Below, in pieces: positions 1 to 12,132 of a DNA stretch of 64,000 nucleotides. This stretch comes from Parasitella parasitica NRRL 2501 (lineage: Eukaryota > Fungi > Mucoromycota): positions 300,075-364,074 of the forward strand of contig MU619251.1 in NCBI GenBank assembly GCA_025201805.1, in the 5' to 3' direction. Each line of letters opens with the position of its first letter. The stretch's first letter is position 1. Under the pieces are notes generated by a model. That model did not search any database, was not told where the DNA came from, and saw only the letters and a program-made list of their open reading frames with translations. Both the position numbers and the translations under genes were made by a program.

Positions 1-928
1 GGTAGATATCATCAACTAAAATCGAAGCTCTCAGCTTAAAAATACCGTCGCCGACACGGACATGCAAACCAACAAAATTGTTGGCTCCACCCAGCTGTTG
101 CACAATCCTCTCTGCTGCACCAAATAATACGGGATTGTTAAATATCATTTTTGATCGGATATGGCGCAGGAGGTCTGCATGCTGCTCAGTCTCTGCCAGA
201 ATTCTGTATGAACCAAACATGGAACCAAAATGCAAGACGCGATGTGGAATATTTTCAAGCGTCACCAAATCGATACGGTAATTGAATCGATCAAGCGGTA
301 AATCTGTGGATCTGTCATCGTGGATCTGGTATTCGTAGGGCGACATGTCCTTGAAAAAATACACATCTTGCTCCGTCAAACTGAACGTCCTGTAAAGCCA
401 CTGATAATCCAATCCAGGTCTGAAAATAACAGGCACTTGCTTTTTGATAGACTTCAAGTCGTAAAAGAAAGACCAGGGTATATTTGTCCAGCGAAAGTTG
501 TTGAGACATTCGCTAGGCAACGGTAATCCAGCTGCATCCAATTCCACGCAATGATCCAGACCATTCTTGGTTTGAATTAAGAGTCGTTCATGTAATTTCT
601 CGTATCGCAACCACGGCATGGCTGGGCTGGCCAAATAAACAGGCGGTACCAGCAGTGTTCTGTTTAAATAAGATGCAAGCAGCAGTGCATTCTCCAATTC
701 AATTCGCTGGTTGTGGAATCCAGAGTGAGGTAGGTATGATAGAAACTTTTCGTTTTTGGTGGGCTGATGTAATGAAAAGGGTTTTGGAAATTCGACTGGG
801 ATGGCTTCTTGGTTCTCTCTAGTCATTGGCCCTTTTGCATGCAATTTAATATTGTATTGGAAATAAACCACACAAGAGATAAAGAATAGTAAGACTAGAC
901 TTATTACTGTGTTGCCTCTTCTCTTCAT
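1..928 (-). CDS. CigA-like / GDP-fucose O-fucosyltransferase-family type II membrane protein (3' end outside window)
   Basis: Manual translation from ATG 928: MKRRGNTVISLVLLFFISCVVYF (TM anchor)...EKFLSYLPHSGFHNQRIELENALLLASYLNRTLLVPP...FVGLHVRVGDG. Open to the window edge, so not in the ORF track. Confidence 0.8.
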   Translation of the reverse strand, partial: MKRRGNTVISLVLLFFISCVVYFQYNIKLHAKGPMTRENQEAIPVEFPKPFSLHQPTKNEKFLSYLPHSGFHNQRIELENALLLASYLNRTLLVPPVYLASPAMPWLRYEKLHERLLIQTKNGLDHCVELDAAGLPLPSECLNNFRWTNIPWSFFYDLKSIKKQVPVIFRPGLDYQWLYRTFSLTEQDVYFFKDMSPYEYQIHDDRSTDLPLDRFNYRIDLVTLENIPHRVLHFGSMFGSYRILAETEQHADLLRHIRSKMIFNNPVLFGAAERIVQQLGGANNFVGLHVRVGDGIFKLRASILVDDIY

Positions 929-1487
929 TTTTTTTAGTTAAGCTATGGGAAGAAGAAGAGCAAAAGAAAAGCAAAGACTTAAATAATGATATAATTAACA
1001 AAGGTGGTACGATTATTAAAAAAAAAAGATCGCCAATTTTTACCAAAAGCTTATTAATAAATGTAGATTGCAATATACTATCCGAATAAAGACTGAACTC
1101 GTCTCTTTATAGATCCTGATATCAATCTTTTATATTTATAATTTAATATAGCCCCACAAAAAAAATTTTTTTCTTGATAACCAGACAACGGTATGAATGT
1201 CATCTTTATATCACAAAGGGGCGGAAAAAAAACAACATTTCTTAATTTATGTAACAGAAAAAAAATCTCTCTCTCCTTTTCTAAATCGAAATCGTCTATT
1301 GAGATTGTCTCCTTTTGTAATCAGTGAAAATGTATTCAAGTAGTTTAATTATTCCAAAAGACAACATTTGAAAAAAAAAAAAAAAAAAGTGCTAAATGAC
1401 TAATAAATGAGAAGACAACGTTCAAGAAAGATCTTTTCACTAAGCAGTCATTTTATACTAATCGTACTCGACCACTTGCTCCCAAAT

Positions 1488-1511
1488 ACTCGCACTCGCA
1501 CTCGCACTCGC
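1488..1511 (+). repeat. (ACTCGC)4 microsatellite upstream of the TBRG1-like gene
   Basis: actcgcactcgcactcgcactcgc. Confidence 0.85.
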
Positions 1512-1608
1512 ACGACACAAGAGGTTCCTTCTGTTCATATAGCTTTCACACACTTTTTTTTATTCACTTTTTTTTATTTTATTTTTCTTCTTCTTTTTTC
1601 CTGCTTAA

Positions 1609-3113
1609 ATGACTAATCCATCCCCACAACATTCAATGATATCGAATAATAACAAGAATCTAGGTACAATTGCAAGGAAGCCACCTGTCACATCGCCGTC
1701 TAACAGCAATGATAATGAACCAACAGAAGACACATACAAGCAATTAAAACGGAAAATCAAAGAGATTACAGAACTGAACGTTGCTATGAGTCGAGATTAC
1801 TTTCATGCAAAAAGGAAAATTCGTACATTAACATTTGAGAGAAAGTAAATTGTTTAGATTGAATTTCTGCTTGTATGTATTATATTGATAAGCATGTCTG
1901 TAGTTTGCTACTTGATAACATTGGCCGTATGGAATCTTCATCAAATTTAACAGACGATAGTGATAGTGATATCTGTAGCGATTTATCAGGTTCGGATGAT
2001 GATATTGATAGCAGCAGTAAGTTAAAAATAGTAACTGGCCACATAATCTGTATATTGATCCTCAAGCGGCATTTTGCAGCAGTAACATCATCCAGAGCTA
2101 TCACAACCACCACAAAACCATCATTCTCATCCGCAAAAACATTAAAGAAGTTGATAAATAAACCTGTCACCACCTCCTCCATCGCCGCCAGCAGCAGCGG
2201 CAATAGCGCCTATCATGCAACATATGCGAGTGACACTGCAAACCTACCAACCATCAGCAGTACATCTCCTCATCCTCCTCCTCACAAAAGATCCAAACTA
2301 ACTCCCCAATCAGTGAAAACGCGTCGGGTTCAACCAATTGAAAGGGATGCTCAAGGTCATCCCAAACTGCCTCAGCAAATTGGTGTTTTAACAGTACATC
2401 ACCTAGGTAAAATTGTAACCGACAGACCTAATTACCACAATGAACGATACATTTTCCCAGTAGGATATGCTGTTAGCAGGTTTGTTTCAACAAGCCCCGA
2501 CTAGAAAAAGAAATACTAAATGAACAACAGAACATATCCTAGTATGGTGGATCCCAATAGCAATACTGTTATAACATCATCCATCATTGACGGAGGAGAT
2601 TACCCTCGATTCCAGGTAGTAGCTGCTGACATGCCACATGAGCCTATTGTGGCCAATTCCGCAACAGGTGCTTGGACTGTAGTGGTTCGTCGCTCTAATG
2701 AAATTCGTCATAGAGAGCACTCTAATTCGGCATCAGGCCCAGATTATTATGGATTTAAGCACCCCACCATAGCCAAACTGATTCAAGATTTACCAGGTGC
2801 AAAGAATTTGAAGCATTACGTTTGGCAAACTTTTGAGGAGATGGAGCCTAGAGCTGCAAAAGGTGTGATGGCTGCTGCTGAGAAAAAGAGAGGAAATTTA
2901 GAACAAATGGGAAGTGCAAATCGTAAAGTACCACCAAATCAACCTTTTTCCTCTTCTTCTTCCTCAAAAATCGCTTCTGAACATCATCGATCTGCTTTTA
3001 TTTATGAAATAAATGATGCGGAAGAAGACCAAGTGGCAAGAGCACCAGCAGAAACAGATGATGAAGAAGAAGTTGATGAATTAGCTGCTAGTGATAAAGA
3101 GGAAGACGCATAA
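1609..3113 (+). CDS. TBRG1-like FYRN/FYRC-domain protein (spliced)
   Basis: N-terminal coiled coil YKQLKRKIKEI...; FYRN LPQQIGVLTVHHLGKIVTDRPNYHNERYIFPVGY; FYRC SATGAW...SGPDYYGFKHPTIAKLIQDLPGA; GT-AG introns near 1845, 2017, 2480. Confidence 0.85.
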
Positions 3114-4059
3114 TTATACAAACATCTGTTCTTTTTTTTTTTTTTTGTACATATATTATTATATTTTGGGGATTGAGTAATTGCACAACATACATACTGC
3201 TTTTAACCCCATTTTTTTAATGCTTGCTGCTACATTATTTCTGATTTTAATAATGGTATGTTTGGATTTTTGTGCCTGAATGGCAGTTGCATGATACTTT
3301 AGAAAATTAAAACCACAAATGTACATTAATATTGATGTCCAATCATATTCATGCAGAATATAGAGAAATCGCCCAATAATGTTTATGCAAAGTATTGTCC
3401 AATAAGATCTGTTTAATTTTTACCCCACCTCAACAGCATATAAAAACTCATTGCAGAATTCCCGAATAGCTAAACTCTTTTTTCTTCGCAAGTAGGAATA
3501 ACATCTGACTGAATCAATAGTAATAATTCATTGGAGAGAAACAAATATTTCTGTGCTTCTTTGCAAACTTAGCGTGATCAGTACTTTGTGTTTCCAAGAT
3601 ACGTTTTGAGATAGCAGGAATAAGAACATCTTGAACGAATCTATTGCGTTCATTTATGATCTCATCAGCCATTTCAGAACTAGGAGTTGAATCGATCTTT
3701 GAATAGTCAGCGAATAGGTTGAAATACATGTTGACATATTAACCCAGTGATACTAATACCTAGTTTGGATAATATACACTATGCATTCCAAACAGCACAT
3801 GTTGCATTTTCCTCAGAATAAAATAAAAAACATTTCAAACAGATAATGTTTAATAAATTTATTTTTTTCCAAGTTCAAAGATACCGTGCCTATACGATGT
3901 GCAAAGGTTATTTGATGAGCCAATTGTACAAAGTTATCTTCTTTAGTATTAGGCGCAACTGTAGTGAGAACAGTTCCTCCTTAAAATGTAAAAAGCTCTT
4001 CACAGTAACTCAACTAAATGTAGCGCCCATATCTACTGGGCCGAAACATACTATATCAC

Positions 4060-5040
4060 ATCAACCGGAGCACATTTAGATTTCTTAAGCTCAGCTGAGG
4101 CTTCCACGTTAGCAGTTTGAGATAGACCATGTTTTTTCTTAGAACTACCATTATGTCGATTGTCTACAGACAATTCAATGCGACGGGCAACAGAGCAAAC
4201 AAATTCAACATCATAGAAGGATGCTTCGTTCGATCGCCCCATAGCAACAATCATCAGATGACTAAATTCCGTAGAAAAGGCATCAAAGAAAACTTTGGCA
4301 ATAATATACTTGTCAGATACCTTCGAACGAACCTTAAGGCCTTGAAGCGTTCATAGAAAGCATCAACAGTTTCAAATTCCTACTTAGTAGTGTACAGACG
4401 AGGCATTCCGTAACAAGCGATGAAAGCAGTTTTGAGAACAGGCCTTGACATCGATGAACCCTTCACATTAATGATTCCGTTGAGCCAATCCCGAAGGTCA
4501 TTGCTCAAGCAAGGAGGCAAGAGACGAGCCCAGTTAGCGTCGAGACCCAGATTATGGCTATTGAGAACATCCTCGAAATGGCGGATGCATTCTTCCACAT
4601 CAGCAAAAGATTCTCTCTTGGAATCCCGTATACACCCAGTCGACTGAAACAAAGGAAGACCATGAGGAACGATTGATCCAGGGGACTAGCCAGTAGAGTT
4701 AGCTGAACTAGCAACAGCAACAGAAGGAGGAGGAGAAACCATTGAAATAACTTCAAGCAATCGCTGAAGATCAGCTTTCTTTTCGGCCAAACGTGCAACC
4801 AGCGGATCAATTTCTTCTCTTGAAGCATTTCCAGCAGTACCAATATGAATAGCGAGCTTAGAACCTTTAGCCCGAAGACGTTGAACAGCCTCTTCAACAG
4901 TAGAGACAGAGGAAGAATTTTCAGCGACATCAACATCCATTTCAACCACAGTAGGATCCGAATGTTGAGAAACAACAGAGGCAGTTTCCAGATTGACTGT
5001 ATTAAAGGAAACAGATGGAGGAGGCAGAGACAAACATCCA
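4060..5040 (-). pseudogene. Decayed LTR-retrotransposon gag (capsid) relic
   Basis: ORFs 4686-5033 and 4380-4652 share a frame split by TAG: VPHGLPLFQ...FEDVLNSHNLGLDANWARLLPPCL...ETVDAFYERF. Further stops and frameshifts; no pol visible. Confidence 0.7.
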
Positions 5041-6474
5041 ACTGTGGAAGTAGCAGGAAAGTAAAAATCTTAGAAAATATTGTGCTCATTCGCAAGACCT
5101 GGCACAACAAATAATCACACATATCACATATTTGCTCGTAACTTCTGCTAAAATGACCGTAGAACCGAGATCTAACTCGGAAAACTTAGCGTTGATTTGG
5201 CGCTATCTGGTAACAACATTTTCATCCAAAAAATTTCAGCTGATAACACTAACTTTCATATGAAAATTGCATATAATTGCAGATTGATTTCGATAAAGAG
5301 CAAAATTAAACATTTCTTATGCGCCCTGAAAACAAGCATGATTGTCGCTTTCTGATGAGCATAACTTGGTTTCCACTAGGTGATGTGTCTATGGTTGGCG
5401 ACTGTTCTTGGTGAGGCTGTTCCTCTGGCGTCACTGATTGTACTATATAACAGCAGCAGAAAGTAGAATGACTCAAGATTTTTTGCTATGAAAATGGCAA
5501 AAAGTGAGATTGAATTTACTTGTCCCTTCCATTACACAAATGGCTGGTCTTGCAGTGATTTTTTGAAAAGTGCGACAGATTATGCATTTTCGAATAGCAT
5601 TCCTGTAATAATAGAAAAAAAAAGCTTGTAGCATGTGCCTCGTTTTCTTCAAAGTGTACAAAAAGCTTTCAACCAAAGTTTTAGCGACATGAAGAGGTGT
5701 GTATTTTGCAAAATTTCATAGAATGTAAAAAAAAATGTTACTTTCTTGCAATACTGACCATTTTAATAAGAGCTGACAATCAGGTTTATGACAAGAGTTG
5801 CACTTTTGCTATGACAAAGGCAAAGGCCTTTTCGCGGTTGCCATGGTCGAAAAGATAAAATAAAAGCGAATAATTCTAGTTCCTTCCTCTTGAGAACTAC
5901 TTATTATTAAAACGAAAATGAACCCCCCCCCCCACAGAAGTGTTTTATTTTCATTAAAAATCACAATCTAACATGAACAAGAGTTCAGTGCCACGGTGAT
6001 TAAGAACTCGGCATCTTATCTGATCTATTAAGCTACAGCTGTGAGACAACATCATCCCTTGAAAGGAAACATAAACATTTAATTCACTTTTCCACTTAGG
6101 AAATGTGTCATAAAACATCAATCATCAGGTCCTCCAATACTAAGGCCATGCCTGTAAATGAAACATATAAGTAGAAAAGTATAGATAGTTGAACATATTA
6201 GAACTAGATTAGAATCTCTCATTCTGTATTCGTATACTAATATATCGTACCAAGTGTCAAATACTATTCTAAAGATCCTTTTATTAAAATACAGGGAATT
6301 CTACAAGAAATGGACCATGACATGACTTGGAAGTAATAAGTCTATGTTTTCTATGATTGGAACAACTCTGTTATTGCTTATATAATAGATTCTGGATTCA
6401 CTGGCATTGAACCAAGTTTAATAATTATAAACAATTGTTTTACTCCCATCCCAGAAAGATCTTCTAATTCTGAA

Positions 6475-6668
6475 TGATGTATCAAATATAAAATTAAAAA
6501 GCATAACATTACATTTGGGATAATAAATACAATCTACCCTATTATCTCCCAGACCTCATCACTAAACCTTTATCTTCTCATTGCTTCCATCAACTCGTAA
6601 AAAGTATATAAACCTTCTATTTTGAATATAATAACGGATCTTTTACCTGATTAATTTCTGATAAATCA
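6475..6668 (+). mobile_element. Solo LTR, internally deleted relative of 60473-60780
   Basis: Starts TGATGTATCAAAT, ends TCTGATAAATCA; flanks CTGAA/CTGAG (4/5 TSD); shares GTATATAAACC and GATCTTT(T)ACCTGATTAATT with the 60.5-kb LTR. Confidence 0.7.
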
Positions 6669-6718
6669 CTGAGATTTTAAATATTGAAATGACTTTACTT
6701 GAACATTTATTGAAATAG

Positions 6719-8496
6719 TTATTTTTTTATATCAAATGCTACATTTACATCTGCGTTATTTGTTTCAACAACTAAATCCCCTTTTCCTTTTCCTTTTCTG
6801 TAACCACGCTTGAGGTTCTCAAGCTTTTCTCGATATTCAATATATTGCTCGTTGCTAATACCAACATCGCCATGAGAAGTACTTAGCACAAATGATCCTT
6901 CAAATTCTTCGGTCTACGTATATACACATGTCGTACGCACACATTAGACTATATAAAATTTACTTTTTGGAGAGTTACTTACCATGTGCAAGTTTATATT
7001 CGCATTACTATTGATAACCTTGACTTGATTGTTCTTTTCTCCAGCAACAGAAAGTGTGACAGGACCGTTTGACGATGTGGCCAGGACTTGAGACTTGGCC
7101 TCAATGTAGTCCACTTGGATCTCATTATTAGCGTTGGATATAGAGATATCCTCGGCAAACAGTTTAGAAAGCCTGATGAAAGCGTTGGTCGTTTCGACTT
7201 TGATGCTATCATCTGCGCGTAATGAACCCAATGCTTCAATCATGCCATTCGAGTTCTTTACACTTAAAATTCTCTTGGCATCGATATCTTCTGCAAGGCG
7301 CACCAATGCATTGGCATTTTCCAAATATATGGAGCCACCGGATATCAATCTGCCCAACTTCATCTCCCCATTTTGTGTCGACAACTTTAGTGATTCTCCA
7401 GTCCAGTGGTCCAAGTTGATCATGCCGTTGCTAGTCTTAATTTCAACATCGTCAACATCCTTGACAAAAGGTTGCACCTCAATGTCTATATTTTTAACAT
7501 TGACAAACAATCGATTGGCTGCATAAGGTAAGCGAACCTGGATGTTGGCACTAATACAGTCCTCGTTTTCGTCCTCAAACTGCTGGGGCATTTGTATAAC
7601 CAATCTCGTGGATTCGCCATTGTTGTAATTATGCTGCACCTCAAAAGTCATTTTTTCTTGTAACGATGGTGGGTACACTTGAATGTCACTCAAGATGGCG
7701 CCTTCGTGTCGATCTTGTACGGGAATGACTGTAACCAGCCCGTTAGAGACACGACCCTCAATCACCAGCTCTATATTGTCAGTAAACTCGATAGTTCCAG
7801 GAATGTCATTCCATTGGACAGAGTTACTGTTACATCCTTGATGTCCATCGCCGTAGGGAGGAGCAGGAGCGGAAAACCCAAGCTTGTCACTATACATGTA
7901 AATGACCAGCCAAAACAAGATGGCTGCAACAATATACTTGCACCATTTTTTACAGCATCCTGGGTCCTGATAAGCCTGTCTTCTTGTAAATGAAGGGGAA
8001 GATGGAGCAGCTGCAGCTTCTTGATCATAAGGCTCTGATGTAGATAGTTGCTGATAATCAGAATCTACGTATAAAACGGCTTAGTTCATTTAAAGTGTAA
8101 ACAAATACGTAAAAGTAGTATTACGGGAATTCCAATTTCTCTTTGGTGGTGGAGGGGAGCCACTGACATCACTAGCGTTTCTAGGTAAAGATGGTGCCAA
8201 CAGACCATGTTGTTGTTGTTCAATGCTATTTCTGACAGATCCATAAGCAGAACTGCTTGTTCCCTCAGTATTTCTGCCCGTGTGGTCAGGGGAATAAGGT
8301 GGGGGCGGTACCAAGTCTGCAGAAGTAGCTTCGTCTGGCTTGTGAAGGATCTGCTGCTGTGGACCATTTCCTGCGCTACCACCAGCAGTGTAATCTTGTA
8401 AATTATTTAATACGATGTATGAAAATCTTTATTAGATCATGTTAATGGTTTACCAGGTTGGTTATAAAATGATTTTGGGTTAGGGTTATTAGACAT
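6719..8496 (-). CDS. Membrane-anchored DUF4097 (putative adhesin beta-repeat) protein with PPxY motif, 4 exons
   Basis: LVPPPPYSP; GCCKKWCK followed by TM YIVAAILFWLVIYMY; repeated T(S/T)NG-I-L strands (KTSNGMINL, STQNGEMKL, KNSNGMIEA, TSSNGPVTL); last exon ends ETNNADVNVAFDIKK*. Confidence 0.75.
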
Positions 8497-8679
8497 TTGC
8501 CATCCACTAGTATGAGAAAGAGAGAGAGAGGAAAGGGAGAGGAAAAAATAGGGGGAGACTATCAAGTTACACTATTTTATAGATGGAATTAATGCAACCT
8601 CCTTGATTATTGTTGATATAAATATATGATGTTATGGATGATATGAAAGGTTAGACGCCAATTACCAAATTAGCAGAGC

Positions 8680-10268
8680 CTAAATATACAGTGTTGCAGG
8701 TGCATTTGTTGTTTTGATGCTGATCTCAATGTTGGACTTGATGCCAAGTTTCTTGCATCTTCCTTCCTTTTTACTTTTTTCATCTGTTTCAAACCAAAGC
8801 TCACAGCTTTCACTGTCTTTAGCCACCACAGACGCGGACGCATTTGAATTAGTCTTGACTGAAAAGTAACCAGAAAAGCTTCTTGGTAAGTGAACATTGA
8901 CAGGCGCATTTGATGATTCAATTTCAACAGTAGCAGAATTACTCGCAATATCATTGATGTGGATTTCGATAGATGCATTGCAGGTTTTAGTATACATCTC
9001 AGAGCCTACATTCACGGCATTCAAGAGAATGGGAGCATTCTTGCTCTTGAGGTCAATACGTTTTGCTTCGATAATACCGTCGTATCGAAGAGGTGCATTG
9101 GTTGTAGAGATCTTTAATTCCTTGGTACTGATGGAGGAGCCTTGTAGGGTGAACACGCCGTTGGTTGTCTTCACTGTAATTGCGTTCGTTGCCATTAATT
9201 GACCCTGCACCGTTATGTTGGCATTGGTGGTTTCTAGGTTGATTGTATGAGATGCTGTTAATGAACCTTGAACGCTGAGATGGCCGTTCGATGTTTGTAT
9301 CGAGCACTCTAAACCACTCCAGCTATGATCAAAAGTAACCGGTTTGTTAGAATCTTTGATAAAGAGCTTTCCGGAATCTTGGTATGAGGAAGAAGAACAA
9401 CCATATTCTTGACGAGGTTGATGAGGTTGATGAGGTTGATGAGGTTGATGAGGTTGATGAGGTTGGTGAGGTTGATAAGGCTGGTGGCTGCTGCTACCAT
9501 AGTCGCTGCTCTTGCGATCAGAGCAAGCCCGTCCTTCTTGACACATAGTAGCCTCGCGTTGTTCTAGCTTTATTTCTCTTTGCTGACATTTTGCATCCTT
9601 ACGAAGGCTTCTGGCTCGCATACGCTCATCTCGTTTTTCCATTTTAGAATTCATATAATTTTCTACCATACCCATTGCTGCTCTGCAAGAGTCAGATGCG
9701 GAACGAGCAGAGCTGGAAGCGATACTGGTAGCATGGCCAACAGAGCCTAGAGCAGCACCTGTTGCGAACGATGTTGCTCCAATTGCATGATTTGTCGTGT
9801 ATCCCACAATATTACTTGCTAGACCGATCACGTTGCCAATTGGCCCTCGATTAAGATCGTAGCCAAATCCTTTGATATTGATTCCACCGAGATACTGTGG
9901 TGTGTAACTATCGTTGCTTGGTGCTTTACCTTTTCTATCGAAAGAACTGTTGCCGTTGTTACCCAGAAAACCATGTTGTTGATGCACTGTGCTGTGATCG
10001 GTAGGAGAAGGATGATATGGTGATGGAACCGAACTGTTGAAGGCTTCATTAGTTCTTGATGCAGTTGAGGGCGCTTCCTGATATTGATTCGGTGATTGAT
10101 GGCTACATGATAAAGATGCTTGAGATGCTGTATCCGAAACCGTATATGGTGGAGGTGGATCACTGTTATGGTTTAGCTGATTGTCAAAGCCCTTCGATTT
10201 AAATATAATACTTACTGAAAATCTTTGTCTAGTTTAATGGGAGAAGATGAAGGTTCTTTAATAGGCAT
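8680..10268 (-). CDS. Soluble DUF4097 beta-repeat protein with PPxY motif and (HQP)n tract, 2 exons
   Basis: Exon 1 MPIKEPSSSPIKLDKDF, then DPPPPYTV; C-terminal QTSNGHLSV, ETTNANITV, KTTNGVFTL, STTNAPL, ESSNAPVNVHLPRSFSGYFSVKT. Confidence 0.75.
9414..9485 (-). repeat. Coding 9-bp tandem repeat encoding (HQP)n
   Basis: (gaggttgat)n on + strand; protein HQPYQPHQPHQPHQPHQPHQPHQP. Confidence 0.9.
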
Positions 10269-12132
10269 GTTGTTGATGAGCAGTGTGCAAATTACCTGAC
10301 ATTTTTTCTGCTCTTTTTATACCGCAAGAGGATAAAGAAGATATTCAATTGCTTGGCGTACAAAGACTTGACAAACCTCTATGCAAAATGACTGACTGTT
10401 GTTTGTTGCTGAGCAGCATTTCAGCCAATGTAGTGGTAACCATCTGTTTATATTCGGCCAATAGTCTCCAAAAAAGGAAGATGATTTGGCCTTGACTTTA
10501 CTATAACGCTCTACTACACAACATCGCATTGTTAAGCAAAGCGCCACTTGGTACACCATCCCTTGACAGCAGATATCCAATGCAATATCAAGTTTCAAAC
10601 TGTTGTAAAATGCCATGAAATGAAATGCGTTAGTGGAACTAAATCTGTACCAAACGTTGATACATAACCAATAGATGCAATCATTTTTTTTTTTTCACTT
10701 TTGATCCTCTTTAAACAGTCTGTTCATTCTATACTCATTGTTAAATTCATCTAGCAAATACACAGTAAACGTGGCGCTGGTTATAAACAATAGGTAATTG
10801 TACAGTACCTTGATATCACATAATGGTCTATTCTCCAATCAGCTGCTTACCTTATTTTGTATTGGTCTGGGAAATTATAATACATTGAAGCTCACGCGTC
10901 TTTTTTTTTTCCACAAAGTTGGAAATACGCTAATGCATTAAAAACATCGTATGAATGATATTTATATAGCACAATAAAGCTGTTTTCTTTTTATACATGT
11001 GTACAGATTTGATAGAAGATATTGTATGTTTACAAATAAACACGCAAAATTCCGTAGAGCATAAACCAGGACCGTGCAGGGCGCTTGTTTATTTTATGGC
11101 AGAGATTACCATCGCATCGGGAATCAATGATACGACTTTTGATTGCTATTGTGTCAGATCGTCAGGAATGTATAAATATATACGACATTGTGGTTAGCCC
11201 TTCATTAACAGAGGCCAACATAAGAAGAATATGTTAACACTTTTTCGGTTATATCTTGATATGATATTTACAATCTGAAATTACTATCTTTGCATATGAA
11301 ATCTGGAGAGGATCTGATAAGAGATATTGTGCAACCATTAGACGAAGATTGTTATTACCTATCCATTTACTGAAAAATGATGAGCCATGCGGATGGAGGA
11401 GAAAACTTAAAGATAATGCAAAAATCAAACGTGTGAACTTTGAACCTTAAAACAGCTTCAAATCTGTTACTCTGAGACGGAGCAGCGAATACATGTATAC
11501 ATAACATATAAATGAAACTGACGAAGAATACTATGCGGTACAATAAGAACCGTAGCGAGCCAAAACAGCCATGTGCCTTGCCAGACGAAGAGAAATGGCG
11601 GCCCTTTGCTTAGTTGCCATGCATTGATAACATTTACCCCCCCCTCCCCAAAAAAATTATCGTATCAATTTCGTCTTCCTGGGTCTCTGCCAATAAGAAT
11701 CAAAGATTTTTGCTCTTTCCACTTGGATATTCTCACTGTCCTGCGTTATGTGCATGTATATTTTGTTGGGTTTATGAAATGCTACAATTTTAGACTAGTG
11801 TAGAGGACAGGGCGATGAAGCCCCGCTGATATCATAGCTTTGGCATGCGTTTTGATTGCACCATGGCTAATTGATGATGTACATATAAAATTATTAGAGT
11901 ACTGTATACCAGAATGGCGTCGTAGTCCGAGCGAATGGCATTATAATGCTGGACGAAAATGTTTCGAAATTTCTGGTGTGACACACGATGTCAAGGTAAA
12001 GCTCGTCATTTGATGCAGGCATTTCGCCAATAAAAAAAAAAGAGAGAGAGAGCGAGATGTATGATAAAAGGCAAAGGGGACAGGTCTAAGATAATCCTTT
12101 CCCTTTCTCTTTTTTTGTTACTCAATTTCTAA

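Noticed and set aside
3200-4040. Short minus-strand ORF 3514-3729 and nearby frames
   Set aside because: Many stops and no recognisable motif; possibly a decayed relic, but not supportable.
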